A stretch of 64,000 nt of DNA from Octopus vulgaris (Eukaryota), in contig OX597833.1 of the NCBI GenBank assembly GCA_951406725.2, positions 67,518,001 through 67,582,000 on the forward strand, in the 5' to 3' direction. The position numbers and the translations under genes were made by a program. The notes beneath the pieces are model-generated. The model was not told where the DNA came from. It saw only the letters and a list, made by a program, of their open reading frames with translations, and searched no databases. Of the stretch, positions 41,311 through 54,468 are shown one piece after another. Numbering within the stretch: position 1 is the stretch's first letter; each line of letters begins with the position of its first letter.

Positions 41311-41819
41311 ATCGGAGAAATTAATTTTTTTTCTTCTGCGATACCAGATTAAACGATATCGCAGCAGGAGACAGAATGGAGGATAGCTCCGTCCAGTTCA
41401 GCACTGCTTCAGAAACAATGCAGAAAAGAAACTCAACAGCACTGAATAAATAGGGGCCAGTTTCTGGCTGAAAGCAGTAAGATATGAGATATAGTGTGCG
41501 GGTATTATTTTGCGCAGGGGCCAACGTCATATGTGTGAGTGCATATGTTTATACATGCATGCATATATATATATATACAAATATATATTTATAAAAAAGA
41601 AGTTTGAAAACGCCACTATATAAGATAAATTTTAATTTTCTTAGAAATTTTACATGTTTCGGTTCTTCTTGAAAAAACCAACCTTATCAAAAAGTGTAAT
41701 AAAAAAATTCATAATATTTTCTTACTCGTCCACGAGGTGGTTTTTTGTGGGGAGTGAGCATAATAGCTGTCTTATGTGTTCGAATAAAACTAAGTACACT
41801 TATTATAAATATGTATATG

Positions 41820-41917
<98 letters not shown>

Positions 41918-42118
41918 CAGATGCATATACAGAGTGCGCCCAAAAACTGTACGCACATTATAGGAATGGAAATATTTGTATGAGTAGTTTTATTCAGCGT
42001 TATTGCTATTAGATAAAACATCGGAAGAGTTATTTATATTTATAGGGGTACTTATACCAGTTAAATATTTATACATATTTTTCCTTTCCTGAAGCATGCA
42101 TACATCTTTGGGCGAACT

Positions 42119-42157
<39 letters not shown>

Positions 42158-42940
42158 TGAAGTCAAACATACGCGAATATACACATAGAGATCCATCGAT
42201 CCATCCATCCATTCATACATACATGCATACATACATACATACATACATACATACATACATACATGTGTGAGAGTGTGTGTGAGTATTCGCGTTTACACGG
42301 GTGTACCTATTTACCTAGACATAACTTGTGAGATCTTAGATGCACGTACGCGAGTATGCGAGTGTATATTTTCCTATGTGTACAAGATTAGAGCAATAAA
42401 CACTATAAGAATTATGTTTTCTAAATAACATTCAAGAATTCCATTTACATGTCCAATCATATTTCACGTAAGTGAAGACATTATATTAAAATTTAGAATT
42501 TTTGTTTCATTTTCGCCATTTCTTTTCTTCTCTATCTTAGAACCTTTAATGTAAATTCGTACATGAATACGAAAATTCCTCCATGCATTTAATGTGTTAT
42601 GCTTTCAGTCACATGCATATGGACCAATCTGTTTCTTCACGTATACATAGCAGAAGATATAAATTTCGTTGTATATCGAGAGGGTCATAATGCCAATAGT
42701 AAACACAAGCGCAGGTTGTGTTGCTCTTAGTTTATTATCATTAGTCGATTGCTTAATATTCAGCCAATTACCGAAACAATTCTTTAATTAATCATTGGTC
42801 CATCAATCAATCAATCAATAGTCCGGCTAGATTTGTAAAAGTTCTATCCAATGTCATATGTTCTCTAATCTAGAACTACTGCAGGTCTGCCTGCATGCCT
42901 GTCTGCATGTCTTAATGTAAAGGGTCTATATTTGTAGATA

Positions 42941-43162
42941 TGTTTCTTTATTATCCACAAGGGGCTAAACATAGAGGGGACAAACAAGGACATACAAACG
43001 AATTAAGTCGATTACAGTGCGTAACTGGTACTTAATTTATCGATCCCGAATGTTTGAAAGGCAGAGTCGACATCGGCGGAATTTGAACTCGGAACGTAAC
43101 GACAGACGAAATACCGCTAAGCATTTCGCACGGTGTGCTAATGTTTCTGCCAGCTCGCCGCC
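42941..43162 (-). mobile_element. Meta-type SINE (family B)
   Basis: tgtttctttatt..ccacaaggggctaaac ... ctgccagctcgccgcc. Confidence 0.9.
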
Positions 43163-43616
43163 CTAAAGGTTCTATATTTATATATGGAAAAGACGGAACA
43201 TGCACACGGGAAAGTCTGTGTGTGGCTGTGCATGCATGCGTGCTGTTGTGTGCGTATGCGGACACACAGTTCCGTTCATAAACGTACATTGGTTGCCAGT
43301 AACCACGTAGCGCTGGGTTTCCTGTGTATGCAGGTTTATATAACTGGCAGGCATGTATGCAGAGTATTTCATTGGCAGGGAAATGATTTCTTCCTTTCTT
43401 CTTTTCCTTTTATTTTTTTTTTTTAGGATGAAAGATGAAGTCATTAAATTGTAATTTCACCCGTAGCGTTCCAAAAATAATTAAAACCGATGGATATCAA
43501 TGTCTATAGAAACAAACATACACACAAGCACGCGCTTATACGCAGTCTGTTCAAAGACATCATGACGCTAGCCATAAAAATATATTATATTAATACAGGT
43601 GCAGGCGTGGCTGTAA

Positions 43617-43686
<70 letters not shown>

Positions 43687-43944
43687 CGTTATATAATTAG
43701 GGTTCAGTAAAATAATTTACTTTACCATACACCGAACTTTTAGAAATAGCAGCCAAAAGATCTTAGCTATTTCTTCTACTATAAGAAAAATCTCCAGACA
43801 ATGCATTATATATATATATATAAACCTAAAAGAAGGAGCTATAGGAAACCGGTGTTAACACCTTGTGAGACTACAAAATAAAGTGAAGAATTAAAGACAA
43901 GGTCTGAGTGGAACAGAAGCCCGGAAAACAAACAATTAGGAAAT

Positions 43945-44265
43945 ATAAGATGCAAGCTCTCACTATATCAGAAAAGAATAGATCAATATCAACAGAATAG
44001 ATTATTTGAGACAGACCAGAAGAGATATTATAACCAAATAAATAGTGAAGAACGAAGTACTGAAGATGAGAAACCTAATGCAGAGGAAGCTAGAATGTTC
44101 TGGATTAGTATTTGGAATAGACCACTCAATCACAGTGGAGATAGAGTAATGGTTAAAGAAGTAATGAGTGAGACGCAGCCAGATGTAAGATTAACTAGTG
44201 CAGTAATGAGTAAAGTGTTATGGAAAATGCTGAATTGGAAGGGGTCAGGAGCAGATTTAGTTGAA
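43945..44265 (+). mobile_element. Internal fragment of an R4/Dong-like ORF (region preceding the RT core)
   Basis: Open frame IRCKLSLYQKRIDQYQQNRLFETDQKRYYNQI..P.AEEARMFW.SIW..NH...KMLNWKGSGAD (compare NWKAPGPD). Confidence 0.8.
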
Positions 44266-44281
44266 AGTGAATTTAGTTCAA

Positions 44282-44566
44282 GTGTATTAGTTTGACGCGT
44301 GGGAAAAAGGGAAAAGTATTTTACGTTTCAAGCCTACGCTCTTCGACTGAAAAGAAAAAGAGGAAATACTGAGAGAGTATGAAAAAGAACCTGTTGAGTT
44401 CAGTGGCCTAACATGGCGAATATCAGACCACTGATCTTAACACGTTTCTTTTCTTTTTGCAATTCTCTCTGTCTCTCTCTATTTCCTCTTAATCTTTTCT
44501 GTCGAAGAGCCTAGGCTCGAAACGTAAAAGACTTTTCCATCTTTCTCAGGCGTCCAACAAACACAC
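44282..44566. mobile_element. Diverged fold-back pair of a Penelope-type repeat, each arm with a hammerhead-like motif
   Basis: Left arm ttttacgtttcaagcctacgctcttcgactgaaaag versus right arm cttttctgtcgaagagcctaggctcgaaacgtaaaag (44494-44530). Confidence 0.75.
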
Positions 44567-44928
44567 CTTGTTGTTCTTTGTTTTTCTATAATTTTGAATT
44601 ATATATTATACGCTCACATGGTTACCCCAGCTTGATCCTGGCTGAACTTCCAACCCTCTGGGACTTGCATATCTTAACCACTTCCTGACCATTCAGCACC
44701 TCTCCTCATCCACGCACAAGTATTTCACCCGGATTTCCTCTGCATCTTCGTATACTTTTGGACTCTAATACCACGGATCTCATTGGCTGTTTTCGTTCAT
44801 ATATATATATATAACTAAAAATATTTTTTTATTTTTAGTTGTAAAAAAATTATTACCTATGTAAGGTATTTATTCCCATGCTGGCCACTTGATAATATCC
44901 ATATTTAAATATCGATATTATCCTTATT

Positions 44929-44971
<43 letters not shown>

Positions 44972-45014
44972 GCCCACGCACACGTATGCATATATATATA
45001 TATATATATTTGTA

Positions 45015-45210
45015 TAGGGAGAATTCATAGAAAATCAAAAGACGAAGACAGGTGGTGTAGACAACAAGCCGACGTGTTAGTTTAACGTTCGGGAAGTGAA
45101 AAAATCTTTAACGTTTATAGTCTACGCTCTTCTATACAAAATAACACAGAAAGAAACAAGGAGAGAAACTTAGGATTGTCCATTGACTGAAGATCTGTCA
45201 TGGCGAATCT
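45015..45210 (-). mobile_element. Degenerate copy of the 38640-type repeat
   Basis: acaacaagc...ttagtttaa...cgggaagtga...ctacgctcttc...catggcgaat shared with 38640-38830. Confidence 0.65.
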
Positions 45211-45234
45211 CTCTCTCTCTCTCTCACTTTCTTC

Positions 45235-45276
<42 letters not shown>

Positions 45277-45285
45277 GGAGAGAGC

Positions 45286-45341
<56 letters not shown>

Positions 45342-45951
45342 GAGAGCGCGAGAGAGAGAGAGAGAGAGATAAATAGATAGATAGATCGAGAGAGGTTGAG
45401 AGAGATAGAGAAAGAAAGAGAGAGAGAGAGATATGAGCGTGCATCATAGAAATAGCAAAATCAGGTGGAAAAACAAATAAAACCTAAAAAGACGTTACTT
45501 AACGTTACGGTATTTCCCTAGGTACCTCTTTTTATTTGTCTTTCATTTTTGAATTTAAATAATATATTTTTTATTGATTTTGAGCATTCAAAATCTTGAG
45601 AAAATTCTATCAAATGACATCCAGAAAATATTTCACTGCTATTTTAAGAATTTCTGAAAACATCAACAGAAATTTGTCATCTTCTCTTAACACTCGTCTC
45701 TCATTTGTTATTGTGTAAAGGTCAACGATGCTGTGATTGTCTTGAAGCGAGTGGAAAGAAATTTCTTTCTCTTTGTACAATGTTGAAGTTTTCAAGGCAT
45801 TATCGATTTTTAAACCTCGTATATCGGCATTTACTTGGTTACATTTGTATTGAGACATTTTCATATAATGTGCCCAGGAAATGCATCTAGGACCGCATTA
45901 TCGGTGGGTGCTTCCTACGCTATATATTTTGTGATAGTTTTCAGAAATGAG

Positions 45952-46119
45952 AGGCGTAGGAGTGGCTGTGTGGTACGTAGCGTGCTGACGAACCACATGG
46001 TTCCGGATTCAGTTCCACTGCGCGGCACCGTAGGCAGGTGTCTTCTACTATACCCTCGGGCCGACCAAAACCTTGTGAGTGGATTTGTTAGACGGAAACT
46101 GAAAGAAGCCCGTCCTATA

Positions 46120-46186
<67 letters not shown>

Positions 46187-46391
46187 CTATGTTTGTCCCC
46201 CTGTAACATCGCTTGACAACCGATGCTGGTGTATTTACGTCCCCGTAAATTAACGGTTCAGCAAAAGACACCGATAGAATAAGTACTAGGCTTACAAACA
46301 ATAAGTCCTGGGGTCGAGTTGCTTGACTAAAGGCGGTGCTCCAGCATGGCCACAGTCAAATGACTGAAACAAGTAAAAGAGTAAAGAGAGT
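45952..46391 (+). mobile_element. CORE-type SINE (family A), full length
   Basis: Head ggcgtaggagtggctgtgtgg to tail gactgaaacaagtaaaagag. Confidence 0.92.
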
Positions 46392-46654
46392 ATATATTGA
46401 GGTGAGATATGTTTGGTATTCTCTATCCACTTGATCGTCCAGAAGTTGGAAGTGACTTTCATTTGAAATATGCAAACATAAATGTGTAACTTTTCAGGAC
46501 CTCTGGTTACATTTTAGGAAGTATAAGAGCTGAGGTATATTGGGATAATTTGAAACCAAAAAAAAACAAAAACAAAATGACGATTGAAATTACTTACTCA
46601 GAGACACCCTCAACCTGAAAAACTATAATCAAGTATTAACTCAATTCATAACAT

Positions 46655-47130
46655 CGGTTTCAAATTTTGGCCCAAGTCCAGTAATTTCGGAGGGTTACAC
46701 CCTTCCCAACACATAACTGGTACTTATTTTATTAACACTGACTGGATGCAAAGCAATTTTGGCAAACACGTTAATCAATCGGATAGATTACTTTGCGATG
46801 TTTCACATATCTTGTATTGGCTTCCAGCAGTGGTATCGAACACCGCCTCGAAAACTTTTAGTCAAACAAATCCACCCTAGTACTTATTCCTGGTACTCGT
46901 TCTATCTAACACTTTTGTCAAGCAATTGTCACACACACATACACACAGAGGCACACAAGCATACACATCTGTATATAGATGACGGGCGTCTTTCAGTGAT
47001 TGTCCATCAATTACACCCACAAGGCGTTGATCTACCTGGGGCTATAATACAAGACTTTTGAGCAAAGTACTTTACAGTGGGACTGTCCTCGGGTCTATGT
47101 GGTTGCGATCGAAATGTATGTTTACTCGCA
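46655..47130 (-). mobile_element. Highly degenerate family B and family A SINE remnants
   Basis: ggtttcaaattttgg..ctggtacttatttt; tagtacttattc; gacgggc.tctttcagt; cagtgggactg. Confidence 0.55.
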
Positions 47131-47649
47131 GCACTATTTTCGCCCTCCTAGTACAATACAATATAATTCAAACTTTCAAGTCAGCTACAAGGTATCAAAC
47201 TAGTATTTCCTCACTTCCTTTCATTGGTCATACAAGGCCATGAGCTTTGGTGTTCCTACGGAAAGATTTTCAACTATCTCGAGGTCCAACAAGGTGTGGT
47301 CGAATTTGTGTTTGTAGGGTTCAAACACCGATGAATGAGATCATAGTCATCTTTATAAGCATTGAAGCCATGACCACTGCCTTTTGTCAAGGAGGAAAAT
47401 TGGGGTTTATTTTGACGAGTTAGCCAGACTGGGATAGAGTCTCTGTTCGACTTCTGTAGGTTTTGATTTTAAATCGTGTTTCTATCTGTGGAATTGGTGA
47501 CACTTCTCACAGGCATTGATAACCTGACCCGGAGACAGTCAACACTGATACTGTACAAATTTCGTGCAGGTTTGTATCACGTGACTTGGACTTGCGCATA
47601 AATTCTGCGCATGAGATGACAGTGAATGAGGTAAAGTAGAAAATTCACC

Positions 47650-48090
47650 CATGCTTGGATGCCCAGGCATTCATCCAAGACCAGGTGCGTTTTACTGAAT
47701 GAATACCTGGATAACGAGCCAGAATCAAGTGAAAATTTTCATGTATGGATGCCCAAGCAATCACTCGGGTTAAATTGAGAACGTCTTTATGAATGGATGT
47801 CCAGAAAACTGCTGAGGGTAAATGTAGAGCAATTTCATATATGGTTAGCCAGACATTCAACTAAGAATAAAGGAAAGCATCATTTATCGATGTCTCGACA
47901 ACAACCCATATTAAATGGAGAGCGTTTTCCTTTATGGATACCCAGGCAAACACCCATGATAAACGAATATGTTTTTATGTATGGACACTCAGGATCAACA
48001 GCGAGTGCTTTCGCATATGGATAATCCGGTAATCACCCACGAGAAGATTAGTCTTTTCATATGTAAATGACTAAATTCAACCAAGATAAA
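47650..48090 (+). repeat. Old degenerate minisatellite, about 45-48-bp period, about 9-10 units
   Basis: Anchor tggat.ccca.gca-like at about 47656, 47700, 47746, 47794, 47842, 47887, 47935, 47982, 48018. Confidence 0.75.
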
Positions 48091-48329
48091 TCACCCAAAA
48101 TAGATAGTTTAGACGTTTAGGTGCCTATGAAACAGCGGTGAAATAAATAAAGGATGATTTCATTTACATTCATTCTGTAAATTCGGAAAGAAGAGAAACG
48201 GCAAAATTGAGAACTATTTTACCTAATATAACTTAATATCATTTAAAACAGTACGGTGTTTGACATGAATTGATTTACAGTCAGACATTGCTGTTTTTTT
48301 TTCCGATGTCTGGCTGGAACTAGCATAAG

Positions 48330-48485
48330 ACCGCATATAGAAGCAACGTAGACCGCATTTACAAGCAACACATGCCGCATATACAAGCAACACATTCCGC
48401 ATATACAAGCAACACATGCCGCATTTACAAGCAACACATACAGCATATTCCACTAGTAACACACGTCGCATATGCAAGCAACATA
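48330..48485 (+). repeat. Minisatellite, about 22-bp unit gcatatacaagcaacacatgcc, about 7 copies
   Basis: Direct reading. Confidence 0.88.
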
Positions 48486-49499
48486 AAGTCTCCATTTAAA
48501 TCGAAGAAGTCAGGTTTTCAACCCTCCCGGCATTTCTTCAAATGCGAACACTGACTGCAGTCAATAAGATCTCTTATTTAATGACACACATATAAAACAT
48601 TCGCTGGAAAAGAACGGCAATAAAATATGTCACATTTTCACATTGTTTCTCTCGTTTAGCACTTAAAAAATGATATTGAATTTTCGTGTAAGAACACAAA
48701 CGTACACACATACAAACACACACTTAAACACACACAAACACACTTACACACACACACACACACTGCACAAAAATACATAATAGAAACCATTTAGAGATTC
48801 TTTGTCTTTTTGCGTTCATTTTGCCGCTTTTGTTTTTTATCTCAATTTTTCTTTTGTTCGAGTAATGTAATTTTTCTTTCTTCCTTTCGTTCTTCCCAGT
48901 TTTTTTTTTATTTCGTTTAATTTTATTTGTAATTATGTTTTTCCTGTTATTTCTCTTAATTTATTATGTTGTTGTTTTGTTTTTGTTTTGTTTTGTTTTT
49001 TGTTTTTTTTTTGTTTTTGAGACAATTTTTAATATTTATTTTTTTTATTATTTTTATCGACTTCAATTGTCAGTAAACGGTTTTGACCTCTTTTACTCTC
49101 TTCGCAATAAACTAAGAATTAAATAAACATCAAAAACAAACAACACAATGTAAAACAAAACACGTACACACGCATAAATGTATATATATATATATATATA
49201 TATACGCACTAAATTATAATGCAAATACTGCTTGTATTTTCATTGTCTTTGTTGTTATATTCGTGTTATTCTTGTTGATGTTAATAATTTTGTTGGTGCT
49301 TTTTTACTGTTAATGTTTTTGTTCAGCTCGTTATTCCTAATGTTGAGGTAGCTAGTATTGTTTTGGCCCCGATCAGATACGATTGGGCAGATATCCGTGA
49401 CCACCTGGTATATATGTTTTCCTTATGGACAGGGGACTAACGACGGACACAGTTTCTAACGTCTCCTTTAGTTTGAAGATGGCGTAACCTTGAGCTAGA

Positions 49500-50042
49500 T
49501 TTAGTGGAAGATTACCTGGAAAGACAATGTCCTAGATACAGAGATCCTCTCACGATCTAATCTGCAAAGCATTTACATAATGCCGAGGAGAACGCAAGTA
49601 GGGAGGACAAGCCAGCTTGTTCAAATGTCTGACACGTGACCTCCAGGTAACTGCTTCACAGTGAAATAACGGGAGACAAGGGCACGGAAGATGGACAGAA
49701 AGAAGGGCGCTTTAGAGATACACTCAAGACCTCACTGAAGGGCTTTGAGATCAACCCTCACACCTGGGAAATACAGATGGAAGATCGCCGGGCCTGGCAT
49801 AGCTGCACCAACAATGGTTCCACTCTCTAAGAACAGAATAAGATAATCGGGGCATAGCAAAAAAAACGCGAACTGCGCAAGGTCAGAGTCGGCTCCTTGC
49901 CTTCAAGTCCCAGCAGACTACCCGTGCCCGAGTTTCCGCAGATCTGTCCGAACGCGCATCGGACACACCATGCTCCATCGTCTTTCATGTGATATCTTCG
50001 GTCATCTCCTCCAACATCGACAGACGTACTAACTAACTAACT
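49500..50042 (+). mobile_element. Decayed RTE-clade LINE 3' end
   Basis: TWKDNVLDTEILSRSNLQSI; RFRDTLKTSLKGFEINPHTWE...DRRAWH; ends in a (ctaa)n tail. Confidence 0.8.
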
Positions 50043-50559
50043 TAAATAATCGTCGCTAGTACTATTTATGTACTTATCTTTGTAATCGTCGTAAATTACT
50101 GTTGATTCTGTTATTATACTTAAAATTCCTGTCGCTTGTGTTGCCAGTAGTTTTTTTTTCTTTTTCTCTCTCCGGTCTTGTTCTTGTTGTTGTTAATATC
50201 ATATTTGTTGTTGTCCATTTTATCTCAATATTATTGTCGTTCTTGTTTTAGTTGTAATTCTTGCAGCTGTTATTAGTGTTCTTGCTGATGTTGTTTTTAT
50301 TGCCATATTTATTGTTTTTTTAAATTTTATTTCTGTTGTTTTTGGCTGCTGCTGTTGACATATTATTTGTTTGTTTGTTTGTTGGTTTGTTGGTTTGTTT
50401 TTGCTCCTGCAGTCGTTTATTACCGATTTATTACGATGAAAGCGGCGCACAGAAAAGTAAATAAACAATCAAATCACGAAATAATTATTGTGTAGTTTAT
50501 TTTCATATATCATGTGATTTTATTTTCCTTTCTATGGCTACATGTATACATATATATAC

Positions 50560-50629
<70 letters not shown>

Positions 50630-50716
50630 GTATGTATATATGTATGTATGCATGTATATATATATATGTGTGTATATATATGTACATATATATATGTATA
50701 TGTATATATCTATCTA

Positions 50717-50818
<102 letters not shown>

Positions 50819-50820
50819 AA

Positions 50821-50852
<32 letters not shown>

Positions 50853-51014
50853 TGTATATATATATAAATATAATATATATATATATATAAATATACGGAA
50901 TCATACATGTATTTATGTGTATGTACATTTATATGCATATTTGTATGTATACATATATATACCGACACACACAGACAAACAGACGCACAGGTGCTCAAGC
51001 AAACACACACATAC

Positions 51015-51069
<55 letters not shown>

Positions 51070-51394
51070 GTGGATATTAAATTTACCTTTTTTTTTTATT
51101 TCTCCAAGATAATTATGCAATGTTTGGAAATTAACGAGTGTTTTCTTTACATTTCAGATATTATTTTCTAATGAAGCATTGACATAAATCCGCCATCATT
51201 TAAATATTTAAATATTTGAAGATATAAGATATAACCGCTTGAAAGTTTATGGCAGTCATAAGATCGGTGTTGCCGCCTCTGCATATATTGTTCTTACTGT
51301 AATTTTGTTTAAGATGGGGGCGATATTGGTGTAGCTGTATATATTTCATTGAAACAGAACTTAGCAGAGTCATAACCATTTCTATTAAAAAGGC

Positions 51395-51585
51395 AAAAGG
51401 CCTGAAAATTGGGGTTAGGGGACTAGTCGATTATATTAACCCCAGTGTTTCACTGGTGCTTAATTTTTCGACCCGGAAGGATGAAAGGCAAAGTCAACCT
51501 TGTCCGAATTTGAATACAGAACATTGCGGCGGGTGAAATACCGCTAAGCATTGTCCAGCGTGCTAACAATACTGCCAGCTCACTG
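51395..51585 (-). mobile_element. Degenerate Meta-type SINE
   Basis: tcgaccc.gaaggatgaaaggcaaagtcaacc..gaatttgaa..gaaataccgctaagcatt..ctgccagctc. Confidence 0.8.
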
Positions 51586-51633
51586 CGTTAACAACAACAA
51601 CAACAACTACAACAACAACAACAACAACAACAA

Positions 51634-51993
51634 CAAGCCTCCCCATCAGAAATTACCAAAAACATATAATGAAAAGAAAAAAGACAAGTACCTGCAGAAT
51701 ATGTGGAGATGGACAAGAAACAATAAATCATATTATCTCTGGCAGCCAAGTCTTGGCTAAGAAGGAATATATTCACAGACACCACAGAGTTGGAACCTAC
51801 ATACACTGGAAGCTATGCCAACATTATGGAATAGTAACAGAAAAAAATGTTATAGACACACATCAGAAAAAGTCACAGAAAACGCGAAAGCAACCATACT
51901 CTGGGATATGCCAATACACACAGATAGAGAAATTAAGGCCAACAGACCAGATATAGTTGTCAGAGATTATGAAGAAAAAAAAGGCTTTCTAAT
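51634..51993 (+). mobile_element. Second R4/Dong-like fragment (same family as 4547-5257)
   Basis: CRICGDGQETINHIISG..LAKKEYIHRH; ILWDMPIHTDREIKANRPDIVVRD; preceded by (CAA)n. Confidence 0.9.
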
Positions 51994-52004
51994 ACATACA
52001 TACA

Positions 52005-52100
<96 letters not shown>

Positions 52101-52785
52101 TATATGTATATGTCTGTACATGTGTTGGTAGGTGCTTTTGCACTCGTCTGGCTACACCGCTGACAATCACTGTTCGTTTGTTTACGTCCCTGAAACATGA
52201 TTTAGCAAAAAACAAAAGAAAAAGCAAAGCAGGAAAATAAAGACTAGAATAAAAGCAGAACGTAAATACAGGGGCCGATTTTTTCGACTAAACCCCTTCA
52301 AAATGTTCCCCATCATGGCCCCAGTCCTATGGCTGAAACGAGTATAAGACAAAAGATGCAGTTATTTTTCTTCTGTCACCATTTTTATAACTTGTTTCAT
52401 ATCATTGTTTTAATACTAATATTTTTCTGTGTATGCTTTTTCGTATTTTTTTTTTATTATTATTATTATTAATGGCTTTGTTCGTGACAGTGTCTGCGTG
52501 CTGTATTGGTATTTTCATTGTTTATTTATATTTTTGCAAATCTTTTGTTTTGGATTACAATATTTACATCTAAACACTGGAGGTGTATCCGGTTCTGTCA
52601 CGCTTATGGTTAGCTCCGATCACCCATCAACGCCACGCCAGATTGCGACAAAGAAGAAGCCGTGCTGAAACGAATCACACAAAGCCAACATTTAAATAAT
52701 AATAACCATAACAACAACAACAACAATACTATTAATAATAATGATAATGATAACAATAATAATAATCATAATAAAAATAATGAGT

Positions 52786-52875
52786 TTGATGTCTTGCAAA
52801 AAGCAACGGTGCACATATTAAGGGAAGTATTATCTGACTGAGGTCCTTGTGACTTGACAGATGAATAAAGACACC
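52786..52875 (+). mobile_element. Very short 3' end of an R4/Dong-like element between (TAA)n tracts
   Basis: DVLQKATVHILREVLSD* (compare QKIALLGTAHILRRTL at 4.65 kb) then gaggtccttgtgacttgac. Confidence 0.55.
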
Positions 52876-52991
52876 CGATGTATTTTTTATCTACACGGTG
52901 TTACGAAGGAATAATGATAGTATTGATAATAATAATAATGATGATAATAATAATAATAATAATAATTAATAGTAATAATAATAATAATAAC

Positions 52992-53062
<71 letters not shown>

Positions 53063-53100
53063 TGATAGTAATAATAATAATAACAATAATACTAATAATG

Positions 53101-53137
<37 letters not shown>

Positions 53138-53147
53138 TAATAATAAT

Positions 53148-53701
53148 GCCCTGATGCAGTACCAGGCAGTGGCTCTCATGGCTTCTTATCTTAACTGATT
53201 GGAAGTGTTATCATGTACATTGTTTTGTCTTGGTATAAAAGATGGGCTACAGCAAATATTCTGCTTAATACCACAGATTTGCTTGTCAGTTGTTTGACCG
53301 TAACCAGTTGAGCATGTCCCTTAGTGGCTGACAATATGTGCATCTCTGATCACGAGCAGAAGTAGTGGGGGAGCATCATAGCCATGTGTTGAGAGGGATT
53401 CATTGGGGTTTGAATAATTCACCTCTGGAAACATGGGTGGTTCTTTCAACATCCTTAAACAATCCTTATTCAGGGACCGTTTGAGCGGGATGGGCTACTC
53501 AACCTGAAGAACATTCTAACTGGGCCCCACCTGCAAGGTCATGTGCTGTTTATCTTGATATGAGACCACCATGTCGCACACATATTGCTGTGATGCATGT
53601 GCCTGGTGTGCCAATATCAGACGGGTAGTCATGATGAGTATACTGGGCTTCGTATATTTTACCCCAGTGTCACTTTGATGGCATGAACTGCTCTCTCACT
53701 C

Positions 53702-53702
<1 letters not shown>
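53148..53702 (+). mobile_element. 555-bp non-coding element embedded in (TAA)n
   Basis: Sharp boundaries with (TAA)n on both sides; one end also occurs at 4331-4445. Confidence 0.8.
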
Positions 53703-53769
<67 letters not shown>

Positions 53770-53863
53770 TAATAATGATGATAATAATTAATAGTAATAA
53801 TAATGATGATGATGATGATGATAATGATAATAATAATGATAATGATAATTAATAGTAATAATA

Positions 53864-54230
53864 GGCGCAGGAGTGGCTGTGTGGTAAGTAGCTTGCTAAC
53901 CAACCACATGGTTCCGGGTTCAGTCCCACTGCGTGGCACCTTGGGCAACTGTCTTCTGCTATAGCCCCGGGCCGACCAATGCCTTGTGAGTGGATTTGGT
54001 AGACGGAAACTGAAAGAAGCCTGTCGTATATATGTATATGTATGTGTGTGTGTGTGTGTGTGTGTTTGTGTTTGTCCCCCTAGCATTGCTTGACAACCGA
54101 TGCTGGTGTGCTTATGTCCCCGTTACTTGGCGGTTCGGCAAAAGAGACCGATAGAATAAGTACTAAAGGCGGTGCCCCAGAATGGCCGCAGTCAAATGAC
54201 TGAAACAAGTAAAAGAGAAAAAGAGATAAA
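53864..54230 (+). mobile_element. CORE-type SINE (family A) with an internal tail deletion, within (TAA)n
   Basis: Family A head, CORE and tail; the segment between agtact and aaaggcgg is missing. Confidence 0.9.
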
Positions 54231-54277
54231 AGAGAATAATAACAATAATACTAATAATGATGATTATAATAATACTA

Positions 54278-54353
<76 letters not shown>

Positions 54354-54378
54354 TAATAATTATAATAATAATAATAAC

Positions 54379-54468
<90 letters not shown>

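Noticed and set aside
47650-48485. CRISPR-like repeat-spacer appearance
   Set aside because: Units are degenerate along their whole length, there are no cas genes, and the context is eukaryotic.
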